Shown here: piece by piece, positions 12,490 to 24,537 of the stretch | Layout: every line of letters begins with the position of its first letter | Position numbering within the stretch: position 1 is the first letter of the stretch | Source: Antedon mediterranea | Taxonomy: Eukaryota > Animalia > Echinodermata | Direction: 5' to 3' | DNA length: 64,000 bases | NCBI RefSeq assembly: GCF_964355755.1 | Contig: NC_092680.1 | Span: 19,539,045 to 19,603,044, forward strand | Notes under the pieces: generated by a model | Seen by the model: only the letters and a program-made list of their open reading frames with translations | Database searches by the model: none | Told to the model about the DNA's origin: nothing | Made by a program: the position numbers and the translations under genes

Positions 12490-13736
12490 GGATAGTGGGA
12501 ATTTTGCTTTGACATGGTGCAGTAGGCTATCAAATTGAACAGAATTGTGGTAGGAAAAAGTATTTTAATTATCCATGGGAAGGGGATGAGTGTTTAGGGT
12601 GGGGATGTAGGCCTATCACCATGACCGAAACTGTATTGGGAACAATACTGCCACCGAGGGATTATGGGTTGGGAGTGATAATTTGTACTGGAAGCGTCTT
12701 ATCTGGAGTGTGTTGGGAGGGAGGAACGAAAATACGGATGTACAGTATAATGAAGTAGTATATTGGAATTGTACTAGGAAAAGTTACTACAGTACTGTAT
12801 ATTTGAATTGATTGTGGCTGGGCTGGCGAGAGGAGAAAGAAGGCTGGGGACCGCAGTATCAAAATTCATATTTTAATTATCAGCCAATATGACACCTATT
12901 CATTTACACAGTACTGTACTTAAATCATAGCTATTGAAGCTAAAGTTGTGGGGTGTTATTGAAGAGGGGTGGAGTTTGGGGATTATAGAGATCTGGTGTT
13001 ATGTACTGAGAAGGCTTTAAACTAATTTTGAAACCCGCCCTGGGGCGGGTATAATTCCTAGTACTGGATTATATATACAAAAACACAATTTAATAATATC
13101 TCTTTTATTTTTCCTATGTATTGTAAGACTACAGCCTGGTTTTTAATTACAAAACAAGTTAAATACATAATATTTACAGTATAAATTTGATGGTATAGAT
13201 TTGTACTTGTCTGCTGTCCGTCCACCAGCTGCTAAAAGTTACTATAAAATAAATAGTGTTGAAACATATAAAATGGAAGGATAAATCACTTACTGTACTA
13301 CTATTTAAAGCACAAACACCCAGAAATACAAGCAAATGTCATCGAGTAATTGAATTAAAATATAAAATTTAGTACCAATTAAAACTTTTAATACAAAAAT
13401 TACGATTACAATATACAGAAGTAGTAGACTAAATGTAGACAAAAACTACAATCAAATGTTGTCCGAGAAATTGAATTAAAATATAAAATGTAGTACTAAC
13501 TAAAAGTATTCACAATTTCTAAATGAAGTACTGTCCAGTCCAATGCCTTGCATAGGTATCTTTTGGCAACATTTTACGATTCAATAAACTCCAAATGGAA
13601 TTGATTATTTTTGTGCTACTATTATCAAAGTGCAAGTAATAAAATGGCCAATAACACTGCAGCCTTGTGTGTGCACTTTGGCTGCCGTGAAAGACCTATA
13701 AACCCGTTTATTGTATTGCATTTTTCATCGTGTAGT

Positions 13737-16700
13737 TTAAAAATCTTCATCTATGCTAAACCGATGCGATTCTTTAGTGTTCATTACACCCATCTTAGCA
13801 TACTCTCCTACTCGCTTCTCAAAGAAATTCGTTTTGCCTTCCAAAGAAATGTTCTCCATAAAATCAAATGGGTTCTCTACCTGCCAAATCTGAAAATACA
13901 AAACAATTATTTTTATGTTAATGTGGTACGTGGAATTCATTTAATCAATGCTGGTAGAACTGTACATGCTCAAGGGAACACTCGTATCACAAATTTATTT
14001 TTAATGACAGATAACCGTAATTAAATTTTAAGCCATATTTACAGTACGTCAATTAATTTACCTTATTGCACCCAAGTTCTAACAGCAGCCTGTTGGCGAC
14101 AAATTCAATGTATCTCTTCATTAGCTCAGAGTTCATTCCAATGAGAGAGACTGGGAGTGCATCCGTGAGGAATTCCTGCTCTATTTCGACGGCATCCTTG
14201 ATGATTGCAACTATACGTTCATTTGCTGGTTTGTTTTTGAGGTGTTTAAACAGTAAACATGCAAAATCACAATGAAGTCCCTGATAAATAATAAAGAAAT
14301 AATATAAAAATAAAATTTATAACAGTAGGTGACAATACAAGGCACTATTAAGTTTCTGTGGGTTCGACTATTAATCCGGCCCAAAAGGACCTACGAAATA
14401 ATCAAATTTGCTGTTACGTATATCTTATAGATTGTACACAGCATACTAAAAAAATAGAAACGCCATTATTTATCATATCAGGAGATTTTATTAATTACCT
14501 CATCTCTGCTAATTAATTCGTTTGAAAAGGTTAGACCTGGCATGAGTCCTCTCTTCTTTAGCCAAAAGATGGCAGCAAAAGAACCGGAGAAAAAAATGCC
14601 CTCAACAGCTGCAAATGCAATGATACGCTCTGCGAAAGTGGCATTTTCATGGTTGATCCAAGACAACGCCCAGTCTGCCTTCTTCTTGACACAGGGTAAG
14701 GTTTCAATTGCATTGAATAGTCGATCCCTGCAAAAGAAATGTATAATTATGAATTGCCACAGAATATCAGCATTATTTTGTTCGTGTATAATTAGGCAAA
14801 AAAGGTTCATAAGAGAGCCAGATGTGGAAATAGTGCCAGAAACAGTTGGTTTTGCAATGGATATTTTGTCTTTCTACTAAATTGTTTGTCATTTACAATT
14901 AGAGGGTACCATTATTGGCTTCCTAAGATGAGGTTGTGAAATACATGGGCCAGTGATTATAAAATTAAATCCGGATTTTGTGTATCATATGGATTTGGAA
15001 AAAACGTGCATTAAAAAACTATGCGTACCTTTCTCCTAAATCTTTGATATAAGTGTCTATTAGCAAGCTGTACATTTCGGAGTGAATATTTTCAATGGCG
15101 ATCTGGAAACCATAGAAACATCTTGCTTCGGTGACCTGAACTTCCTGCATAAAACGCTCCACCTGAATTTGACAAAAAGGTGAAAAATTTTGTAATATAA
15201 CCATTATATAGAACTTTCACTGTGCAATAGGCATGTGATACAAATTCACATGGTAAGGATACATAGGCATGCCCATCTACAAATTGTTTGTAAATAATCT
15301 TTTAAAAAAACATGATCTAGAACAAATAAATGTATGTTGATAATTGTGTAAACTTACCAAATTTTCATTGACGATTCCATCACTGGCAGCAAAGAAAGCA
15401 AGAACGTGAGAGATGAAGTGTCTTTCACCGTCCTTTAGTGAATTCCAATGTGCTATATCTTTTGATAAGTCAACTTCTTCTACGGTCCAGAACGAGGCCT
15501 CTGCCTTCTTGTACATCTTCCAGATATCTGGGTATTGGATGGGAAGGATAACGAATCGTCTTGGGTTGTCTCGCAGAAGTGGCTCATCCTAAAAGGTAAA
15601 TAAAAAACATTTAGTTAATTGTTCAGTTATATCAATTATTATTGCAATATTAAATCAATCTCCTCGATACAAACTAAGAACTGGAATTGTGTTCAGGTTC
15701 AGATATTTTGGGCTGGCCTTATAATCATAATTGTTTTAACAACCATTTACATGATTATACATGGTCTTAAAACACTTACCTGAATATCAATCTTTTCAGT
15801 TTCAACGAGCTCTAATTTCTATAAAATAAAAAACATGTATTTTTGTTATAAAATAATGAATTAATAATAGCATTGTATGTTGTCCTATACTGTAGTTGGT
15901 AGACCAACTTACAGGAATTTATAATGAAAACAGATTTAATAATTTTAACAAATTCAGCCTGAGTGGATCCCTAAAAGGTCAATTTAGAAATTATAATATC
16001 AAAAATGATCAAAGCCTATTATACACATTAAAAAAACATCTTTTTTTAAAATATGAAATATTACAAGAACGCTTACTTTCTTTATAGCCTTTTTTTCATC
16101 AGATTTCTGTATATTCTGCAAAAAAAAAATTGAATAACTAAAATGAAGAAATAAGCTAGATTTACCTAGGCCTATTTAATCATTAACTGGAGGCCATTTG
16201 ATTCCCGCACTTTTCGTAAAGCTTTTATGTTAAATCATTCAAGTGGATTAAATAAATGTCCTTCAAACAAAGGACACACACAGCAGCTGACAAAACAGAT
16301 TAAGAGAATTGATCTTTTCTTACTATTTTATGACTATCACCAAGAACTTTCTTGACTTGCTTTGATGACTTTAGAACAATCTGAAAATAAATTATATTTC
16401 ACTATTATTAATATAGGGTCAAAGCATATAGATAGGCCTAGCTAGGCCTATATATAGGCTATTATGGTATGGACTATGGCCGGCCAGGTTTTATTTTATA
16501 ATCTTAATTAAACTGACCTATTTATTAGGCCTAGCCTAGATTCTTAAGTTCCAACCATGCATGATGGTTTGGTAGCGAAATGGCCTGGGCTAGTGATACG
16601 TACCTACACAAGTATAGGCCTAGACACACCCCCAATTGTAAAATGGAATAACCCTCTGCTGGCTTTTTAGTTATTATGTCTAGCCTAGGCCTAGTAGGTA

Positions 16701-17085
16701 GGCCTAGCCTAAGCCTAGGCCTAGTAGGTAGGCCTAGCCTAGCTAGGCTAATAAAAATACAACCACCACACACAGACAGAGGGAGGAAGCCGGGCATGGT
16801 TAATAACTAGGGCCTAGGCCTAGGCCTAGGCTAGCTAGATAGTTAGGCTAGCTAGGCCCGGGCCTAGGTAGGCTAATTAATAATACACCTAGGCCTAGGG
16901 GCCTAGCTATACACAACAGGCCTAGCTAGGCTAGCCTAGGCCATAGAATCTCTATAAATAGAATAGGAATGTGATTGTGAGATAAAAAATGTTCTTACCT
17001 TGTCCACATTTTCTTTGTTTTCATCCTTAATTTTTACAGACTCCATTGAATTGATCAGGTTCTTAGTTTTTCGTGGTGACATCAT
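13737..17085 (-). CDS. RRM2: Ribonucleoside-diphosphate reductase small subunit (class Ia R2), 9 exons, about 395 aa
   Basis: Exons 17085-16999, 16380-16324, 16115-16077, 15818-15780, 15588-15358, 15162-15029, 14727-14499, 14280-14062 and 13889-13737 total 1188 nt in frame. Motifs [22 protein letters not shown] (tyrosyl radical), [28 protein letters not shown] and C-terminal DEDF; N-terminal KEN box. Confidence 0.96.
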
Positions 17086-17224
17086 ATTGACAGGATAGTG
17101 TTAAATAAGGCAGTTAGAAAAAGGAGAAGGATATGGCCTAGGTAGGTGAAGATTTAGATATGTGGCGAGGACTGGTGGTAGCACAAACACGTCTGATCCG
17201 CTGCGAAGAAAGAGCCCAGATGAT

Positions 17225-17625
17225 TATTTCTTCGCGCAAATTTTAAACAGAAATCGAAATCTGGCGCCTTTATTGTGTTGATTATCATTATTATCATCCG
17301 CCAATCTGAACCAATCAGGCACCGGGATTAAGTATGTGGACTCTTCGATATTAACTACGGACACTTTCAAACATTAATCAAAATTATCAGTTATATCATT
17401 TCAAAACTAATATACATATTACACTGAATTCTTGAATGTAGTATGATTGAAGCGATTATTTATATTAGAATAACCATTGTATTTTGTACAAAATAGTGTA
17501 ATATTCAAATACATAATGGAATGTTCCTGACCGGCCAGCTGGGTGACGCCCAGCCGATCATCCAAGGTCGTCGTGACGTGAGCTGTCCTTTTTGTATGTG
17601 GTTTTTAGAAATTTAGCGCGAAACT
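17225..17625 (-). promoter_or_regulatory. RRM2 promoter with E2F-like and CCAAT elements
   Basis: ttcgcgcaaa (17231) followed by tttaaa, two ccaatc boxes (17301, 17311), and tttagcgcgaaa (17612-17623, TTTCGCGC on the minus strand). E2F and NF-Y control of RRM2 is established in vertebrates. Confidence 0.6.
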
Positions 17626-17651
17626 TCATTTGTTTGTCTACTTTGTTTGAG

Positions 17652-18940
17652 CATGGATTAAAGAATAGAAGGATATGCATCGACGTGAGATCAAGGGTTC
17701 CTTGACTCTCGCCGACAGACTGCGGACCGCCCACAATGTTACAGTTTAATTAACCGCAGGGTAACAACGAAACGGTCGCGTGCCTAATATATTGTTTACT
17801 GCACATGTGCAACGACATTTAACCTAGTTGGCTACGCTTCTTTCGCGCGTTCTTTGGTTGCATGATGTTTATGGTCAACTATTGACTATGTTGGTTTCTG
17901 CCGCGATTGATCTACGCTAATGATTTTTTTATGATGATTAAAGTAGCATTTTATGACCTGTAGTAGCCCTACATCTGAGACAATAACTATTAGTTGTCTC
18001 ATTTGTTGTAAAATTACAAAATCAGCAAGAATGCTAGCCTAGCTAGGCCTTGTACTAACTAGGCTAAACTGGGCTAGTAAACCCTATGATTTGCCGACAT
18101 TGATACTGCCTAGGTAGGCCTAGGCTAATCTTAAATACTCACCGTTGTCTTACTTCTTGTGTGAATAATAATAGGTAGGCCTACTTCGTTTGTTCGTGAT
18201 CAAGTTTGCCCTGCGTGTACTTTTCAAAACGACCGCTAGGTAACGAATCGCAACTATACATAGCCAGCCAATCCCGGATCAGGGATCGCTGTTTTCATTC
18301 AATTAGGCCCGGTGATTGGATGTGATGTGGATGACATAACCACTAGCCAATCACCAGGCACTACAGTTTAAATATAATCACATCGATAATTAAGGAGATT
18401 TATGAAGAAACCACTGCTTAGCCATATATTAAAAAACACGATTGTTGTATGTCTGAACACCGGCCACGCTAACAACATACATGGTCAAATGCAAAATTTA
18501 ATATTCTATAGATTAACGCAATTTTTAATGACAGAAGATGACAGGCAAATAAAGATAATTCAAATATAAAAATTGCATATTTTATTAATATTACCAACTA
18601 CTTAAAATTACCAGTCGTAAGAAAGTGAACTTTTCGTAGTCCGATTGTGATGAAACTAAAACAGAATTATTCAGCAATATATGTTTGTTATCAATTAATC
18701 ATCGACGCAGACATGTCAATAGAACATTCAGACTGCGCATACGATTTCTACATGGTTACGTTTTGGTCTCAAAAAAATGTAACAGTTGATTCGCAGCGTT
18801 TTACAGAGGGCCGCGGTTAGAGACATGGAGTTCAATGAACGTGTTTGTTTGATTGGCAGCAGTGCTTTAGTATAGGCAAGCGCGTTGTAAAATCGTTTGA
18901 TGTCACCGTCGATGCATATCCTTCTATTCTTTAATCCATG
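17652..18940. mobile_element. Non-autonomous P-element-superfamily DNA transposon (1289 bp)
   Basis: Perfect 34-bp TIR catggattaaagaatagaaggatatgcatcgacg (17652-17685 and 18907-18940) and perfect 7-bp TSD gtttgag (17645-17651, 18941-18947). CA...TG termini with a 7-8 bp TSD fit the P superfamily. No transposase ORF. Confidence 0.85.
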
Positions 18941-19854
18941 GTTTGAGGGTGACGTTCCATTGTTACGTTAATTATGATGTAACATTACATCATTGCATTG
19001 AGGTCCATCATACAGGATCCATGGTAGTCCGGTTCTAAGACTAAGTTCGAATCATTATCAGTAAAATATTATTTTGGCATGTATTTTCCAACTGACACAA
19101 ATTGAAACAGTGACTGACGACATGATGGACTAGTAATTGTAATAATAATGTAGTAGGCCTATCCATTCATATATAAAGTGGCCGATAAATGGTCGGGGCA
19201 GAGGATTCCCAGAGATTGTATTTTTTTTATAAATCAGCGTTGGTGCAAGGCACCAGGACCTTCCCGGCCCGATGTGTCCCGTTCTAGCGTAATTTGAGGC
19301 CGTTTTAATCAGATTTAGGGGAGGAAATTGTTGTCATTTTTTATGTGTAGGCCTACATACGATTATTTAATGATAATTATGTTTTATCTATTTATTTTAA
19401 TACTGTGTAAAAATGATGAACTAAACACATCAATATAGAACGAATAGATTTTAAAGGCCAGGTACGGGCCGCTCAATTTCTATTGATCATACATTCCAAT
19501 CATTATTGATCTAGTTTCCCCTATGTTTCATAATTTTTAGGATTTTATTTGTGTTTCACCAGCTTGTTGAATATTTAGCACTTATCAGTGGGGAATTGAA
19601 ATTAGGCCTACACAGTAAAATCTCTATTCGTTTGTACACAAATGTTGTAAATAGAGAGGCATTTTTATGAAAAATAAACGGTGTGGTAGAAAATGTTATC
19701 AGATGGCTTTTTTGGCCGTGAGCATGCGCGAGTAGAGACAACACCTAACTTTTACACGCAGGGAAAAAGATCTTAAATTCAGACTAAAGGTAATATATAG
19801 CCAACAAACTCTACTATTTTTAAAAGTTGTATACACTAACTAAAAGAAGACTGC

Positions 19855-20676
19855 ATGATGGCGACTAATAGGCCTACTAGGGCAAATACTAAATCAATTG
19901 ACTTAACAAGAAAAGCTAGACCCTCCGAAAGTCTAGAAGCAGATGATCCAATCGAAGCCTCCGGCGACCGACAGGGGGAAACTCAAACGCTCGCCGATCA
20001 ACTAGGTAGGCTATCAGAACAACTTAATGGTAAACTAGATAAAGTCCTAGAAAATCAAAAAAACTACAACAAAAGGCTTACCAAACTGGAAACAACTGTC
20101 AAAGATCTAGAAAAAAGTGTGGAATATGCGCATGATTCAACTAACAAAACGAAGGAAGAAATAAAAAAAATTGGAAATGAAATCAAGAAAATGGAGGAGT
20201 ATGAAAACAAAATGGCGGCTTATCAGGATAAAATGGCGGACATGGAAAATTCAATCCTAAAACAAGAAAGATACAGTAGGAGTTTTAATCTAAGGTTTGG
20301 AGGAGTTATAGAAAATGCTACAGAAAACACCCAGGACTTATTGCAAAAAGTACTACGCGAAGAACTCGGACTCGAGGACATCGAAATTGAAAATTGCCAT
20401 CGCACCGGGAAACGCCGTTTAGATAACAAACCGAGGCATATAATAGCTAAATTTCTGTACCGTCCACAAAGAAACCAAGTCCTAAAACTAGGAAAAGTAA
20501 AATTAAAAAGTAAATCACAAAACGTATTTATTACTGAAGATTTACCTGACGCGGACATGAAGAAAAAGAGAGAATTATCTACAATTATGGCGCAGGCATA
20601 TGCCGAAAAACGTAAGCCCGTATTCAGAAATGGACAACTGTTTATCGACGGTAAGCCATACAAGCCACTAAAATAA
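19855..20676 (+). CDS. LINE ORF1 protein (coiled coil plus L1-ORF1/Transposase_22-like RRM)
   Basis: Heptad-rich N-terminal half, then ERYSRSFNLRFGGV, IENCHRTG, PRHIIAKF, VFITEDL, QLFIDGKPY, typical of L1-type ORF1p. Confidence 0.85.
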   Translation: MMATNRPTRANTKSIDLTRKARPSESLEADDPIEASGDRQGETQTLADQLGRLSEQLNGKLDKVLENQKNYNKRLTKLETTVKDLEKSVEYAHDSTNKTKEEIKKIGNEIKKMEEYENKMAAYQDKMADMENSILKQERYSRSFNLRFGGVIENATENTQDLLQKVLREELGLEDIEIENCHRTGKRRLDNKPRHIIAKFLYRPQRNQVLKLGKVKLKSKSQNVFITEDLPDADMKKKRELSTIMAQAYAEKRKPVFRNGQLFIDGKPYKPLK

Positions 20677-21567
20677 CTATAATTAAGTCATTAAGCCAAA
20701 TTAATTAATGTTCAATTGAACACAATTAATTAATGTTTATGAATTATATTTCATACCTACATTACCGCAGAGTCTATCATTGTCTTGTAGAACGTAGACT
20801 AATTATGTGATTGTAGTAGTATTTCTACCGTTATAAATTGTAAATAAACGAAGTTTGTTTGTTTATGTCGCGCACCTGGCTGTTAGTGTTATGTTCTGGA
20901 TATCTCTGTCCATTCAAACTTTAATTCATGTGACCCACGGCAGGTGTGCGACGATAGTGTTACATAATGAGAAATACCAACAACAATTAAGTGGCTGTTG
21001 ACGATGTAAGTTTCAACGTAGTTGTTTACCGGTTATTCATCGATGAGTTACTGGGTTGATCAAACTCGTAAACGTTAAACACATCGTTTTAATGAAACAC
21101 AACACAACTAAATGTATTTAAGTTATACTATCCGTACTTTACTAGTGATATATAATGACAAATTATAACAACATTAAGTGGCTGATGTGATTAATAAGTG
21201 AGCGCCGTTATTGAGACATCATGTTCTAGACCGTTTCAACGTAGCTGTTTACCGGCGATGTTTGACTTACCAGTGAGTAACGATAACTTGCCATAATAAT
21301 ACATTCTGGACATCGGTGAGTTAGATTGATCAAAATCTTTTAAGTTAACCAAATACTTAATTGGCGTCCATGATCATCATTATTGTTTCACTGCCTGTCG
21401 TTTAGTTGTTGTTGGTATGTCATGATAAAACAATTCATATTACATTGTATATATTGTAATTTATTGTACATACTTGTTAACTTAGGCTATTATGTGTTAA
21501 CTATTCTCTGCTGTAAGCAGCTTGCTCAATTTTATTCATTTGTCATTTCCTTTTCTGTCTAATTTAA

Positions 21568-24537
21568 ATGTTTGAATGTGACCTTTTTGATAATGTAAAT
21601 GTGAGCACAGAATATTTTAACGAAGATAACTTAATTTCTTCACTTGAACATTCTAATTTATCATCAAACTTTTCTATATTTGGACTAAACTGTCGTAGTG
21701 TTGTTAATAAGTTTGACTTAATCTCAAACTATTTAGACTCACTCGTACATGCCTTCTCCGTTATTGCCTTCAGTGAAACCTGGTTAACCGAAAAAGATAA
21801 TATTAATCTATACCAGTTACCAGGCTACAGTTTGATTCACAATGATAGGAAAGATAAGAGAGGTGGTGGGGTAGCGTTCTATGTTACCAACAAACTAACA
21901 TATATTATTAGAAATGATCTGTCATCTTGTATGACTGAAGCAGAGACTATTTTTATTGAGATTGAGTTAGAATCAGGAAATAATGTTATTTGTGGTATAG
22001 TTTATAGACCACCCTCACGTTCCTTGCAAAAGTTTGATGATGAATTAACATGTGTAATGCAAATGATTAATCTAGAAAAAAAGAAAGCTTACCTTGTGGG
22101 AGACTATAACATAAACTTACTCCAACAATCTACCGACAACACTATCCAATCACACTTAGACACAATATTTTCTCAGTCATTTCAGCCAATCATAAAAAGT
22201 CCTACTAGAATATCCGATAATTGTGCTTCAATAATTGATAACATTTATTGCAACATCGATTCTTTTACTACGTCCCTTAAAAGTGGAATACTTATTACTG
22301 ATATTTCTGATCACTTCCCAATATTCTGTGTAGATACTTTGGAAAAACATAATAAGCAATATCCTCGATTTGTATATAAACGACAATACTCTCCTCAACA
22401 AACGGAGTATTTTTTGCAAGAATTACAAAGTAATCAGTGGAATGATGTGCTATTCTCAAATAATGCGAATGTTGCTTATCAAAATTTTACAAACACTTTA
22501 AATAAAACAATTGATAATTGTTTCCCTTTAAAACGAATTAGAAATAAGGCGAACAAGTTAAAATCTCCTTGGATCACAGCTGAAATTGCCAGAGCTATCT
22601 CTCAAAAACATAAATTATATAAAAAGTACAAACAAAATAACACCACTACTAATAAAAGTACGTACATACATTTTAGAAACAAGTTAACCACTACTATTAG
22701 AAATCGGAAAAAAGAATATTATAATATGGTCCAGTTTGAACGAAATAAACAAGATATTAAAAAAACGTGGACAATCCTAAATGATATAATGGGTAGGAAA
22801 AAGACTACCAATTTGCCTACAAAAATAAAATTGGGTACTGAGACTTTCTCTGATAATGATGAGAAAGCTGATGCATTCAACTCTTTTTTTATTAATATTG
22901 GAGAAAAACTAAATAATAAATTTAGGCATGAATCTCAAAATGAAGAAATCACCCACAGAACTTTCTTAAAGGGAAATTTTACCTCTTCAATGTTTTTTAA
23001 GCCTGTTACTGAACATGAACTTAACCACTATATTAAAAACACAAAGAATACTTCTCCTGGCCATGATGGTATAAGTGCCCAACTCATAAAATCTGCTTCC
23101 CCGTTTATTTTAAAACCTTTATTGCATATTATTAATACGTCATTATCATCGGGCTGTGTCCCGGCTGATATAAAAATTGCTAAAGTTATCCCGGTATTTA
23201 AGAATGGTGACATCTCCGATATAAATAATTATCGGCCTATTTCCATTTTACCCTTTTTTTCCAAAATATTTGAGAGGATTGTGTATGATCAAACGATTTG
23301 TTACCTCTCAAAATATAACGTACTGAGTAAAACACAGTATGGATTTAGACAACACCATTCAACTAGTCATGCTTTAATACAATCGATTGAAAAAATCACA
23401 AACGCTATTGAGAATAAAGAGTTCACACTAGGAGTTTTCCTTGATTTATCAAAAGCGTTTGATACAATCGATCATGATATATTATTAGATAAGTTAAGAT
23501 TTTATGGTATAAGAGGAGTTCCGCTAAACTGGTTCTCAAACTATCTTAAAAAAAGACTACAATACACATTTATTGTTAATACTGCATCTAGTAAAATGAG
23601 AGTAAACACTGGAGTTCCTCAGGGATCCATATTGGGTCCATTATTATTTCTTATATTCATTAATGATATTAGTCTAGCATGTAACCATGTAGACATGATT
23701 ATGTATGCAGATGACACAAATGTGTTTTATAGTCACAATGATATTACTCAAGCTTTTGATACAATGAACCAGGAGTTATCTATACTTTCGGACTGGTTTA
23801 TTGCTAACAAATTAACGCTAAATGTAAACAAATCAAAATATGTTATATTTAAGGCTAGAAATAAGTCAGCTGACACTACCTCACTAGAATTGAGGATGGG
23901 AAATGAATGTATAGTAAAAGCTACTGAAGTTAAATTTCTAGGCTTATTTCTGGATGAAACTTTATCGTTTAATTTTCATGTAAATGAGGTAGCAAACAGT
24001 ATTTCTAGAATAATTGGTGTCTTAAACAAAGTGAAGTCTATGTTATCAAGTAAAATCTTGTTAACGGTATACAATGCACTTATATTACCTAGAATAACGT
24101 ATGCTATCACAGTATGGGGTGCTACTTCTGCTACAAACTTAAACCGTATACATATTCTCCAGAAAAAAGCACTTAGAAATATTTGTCATGTTCATTTTAT
24201 GCATCCTTCTCATCCACTTTTTATTTCAACCCAAACATTAAATATTTTTGACCTTTATACGAAACACACTGCTATATTTATGTATCAATATAAACATAAT
24301 CTATTACCTGAATCATTTAATAACTTATTTAGTACATCTGCCTCATTCCATAATTACTCAACTAGAAACAGGTCAAACTACTGTCCACAACTAAAACGCA
24401 CCAAAGTCGGACAGCAATGTATTTCCTACCAAGGAACACATATTTGGAACAATTTAACAGACTATATAAAACAATCCCCCACTTTAAGTTTGTTTAAACA
24501 GAGATTAAAGCAATATTATAACAATAGAAATATTTAA
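21568..24537 (+). CDS. LINE ORF2: AP endonuclease plus reverse transcriptase, 989 aa, uninterrupted
   Basis: APE motifs NCRS, ETWL, RGGGVAFY, YRPP, GDYNIN, PTRI, SDHFPI. RT motifs YRPISIL, QYGFR, FLDLSKAFD, GVPQGSILGP, YADD, KFLG. Confidence 0.95.
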   Translation: MFECDLFDNVNVSTEYFNEDNLISSLEHSNLSSNFSIFGLNCRSVVNKFDLISNYLDSLVHAFSVIAFSETWLTEKDNINLYQLPGYSLIHNDRKDKRGGGVAFYVTNKLTYIIRNDLSSCMTEAETIFIEIELESGNNVICGIVYRPPSRSLQKFDDELTCVMQMINLEKKKAYLVGDYNINLLQQSTDNTIQSHLDTIFSQSFQPIIKSPTRISDNCASIIDNIYCNIDSFTTSLKSGILITDISDHFPIFCVDTLEKHNKQYPRFVYKRQYSPQQTEYFLQELQSNQWNDVLFSNNANVAYQNFTNTLNKTIDNCFPLKRIRNKANKLKSPWITAEIARAISQKHKLYKKYKQNNTTTNKSTYIHFRNKLTTTIRNRKKEYYNMVQFERNKQDIKKTWTILNDIMGRKKTTNLPTKIKLGTETFSDNDEKADAFNSFFINIGEKLNNKFRHESQNEEITHRTFLKGNFTSSMFFKPVTEHELNHYIKNTKNTSPGHDGISAQLIKSASPFILKPLLHIINTSLSSGCVPADIKIAKVIPVFKNGDISDINNYRPISILPFFSKIFERIVYDQTICYLSKYNVLSKTQYGFRQHHSTSHALIQSIEKITNAIENKEFTLGVFLDLSKAFDTIDHDILLDKLRFYGIRGVPLNWFSNYLKKRLQYTFIVNTASSKMRVNTGVPQGSILGPLLFLIFINDISLACNHVDMIMYADDTNVFYSHNDITQAFDTMNQELSILSDWFIANKLTLNVNKSKYVIFKARNKSADTTSLELRMGNECIVKATEVKFLGLFLDETLSFNFHVNEVANSISRIIGVLNKVKSMLSSKILLTVYNALILPRITYAITVWGATSATNLNRIHILQKKALRNICHVHFMHPSHPLFISTQTLNIFDLYTKHTAIFMYQYKHNLLPESFNNLFSTSASFHNYSTRNRSNYCPQLKRTKVGQQCISYQGTHIWNNLTDYIKQSPTLSLFKQRLKQYYNNRNI

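Noticed and set aside
16531-16797. 88-aa ORF with RLGLPTRP repeats
   Set aside because: Translation of the CTAG/GGCC low-complexity tract in RRM2 intron 1.
19000-19030. Additional cat...catg footprint candidate next to the P-like element
   Set aside because: Flanks match only 3/7, so there is no convincing target duplication.
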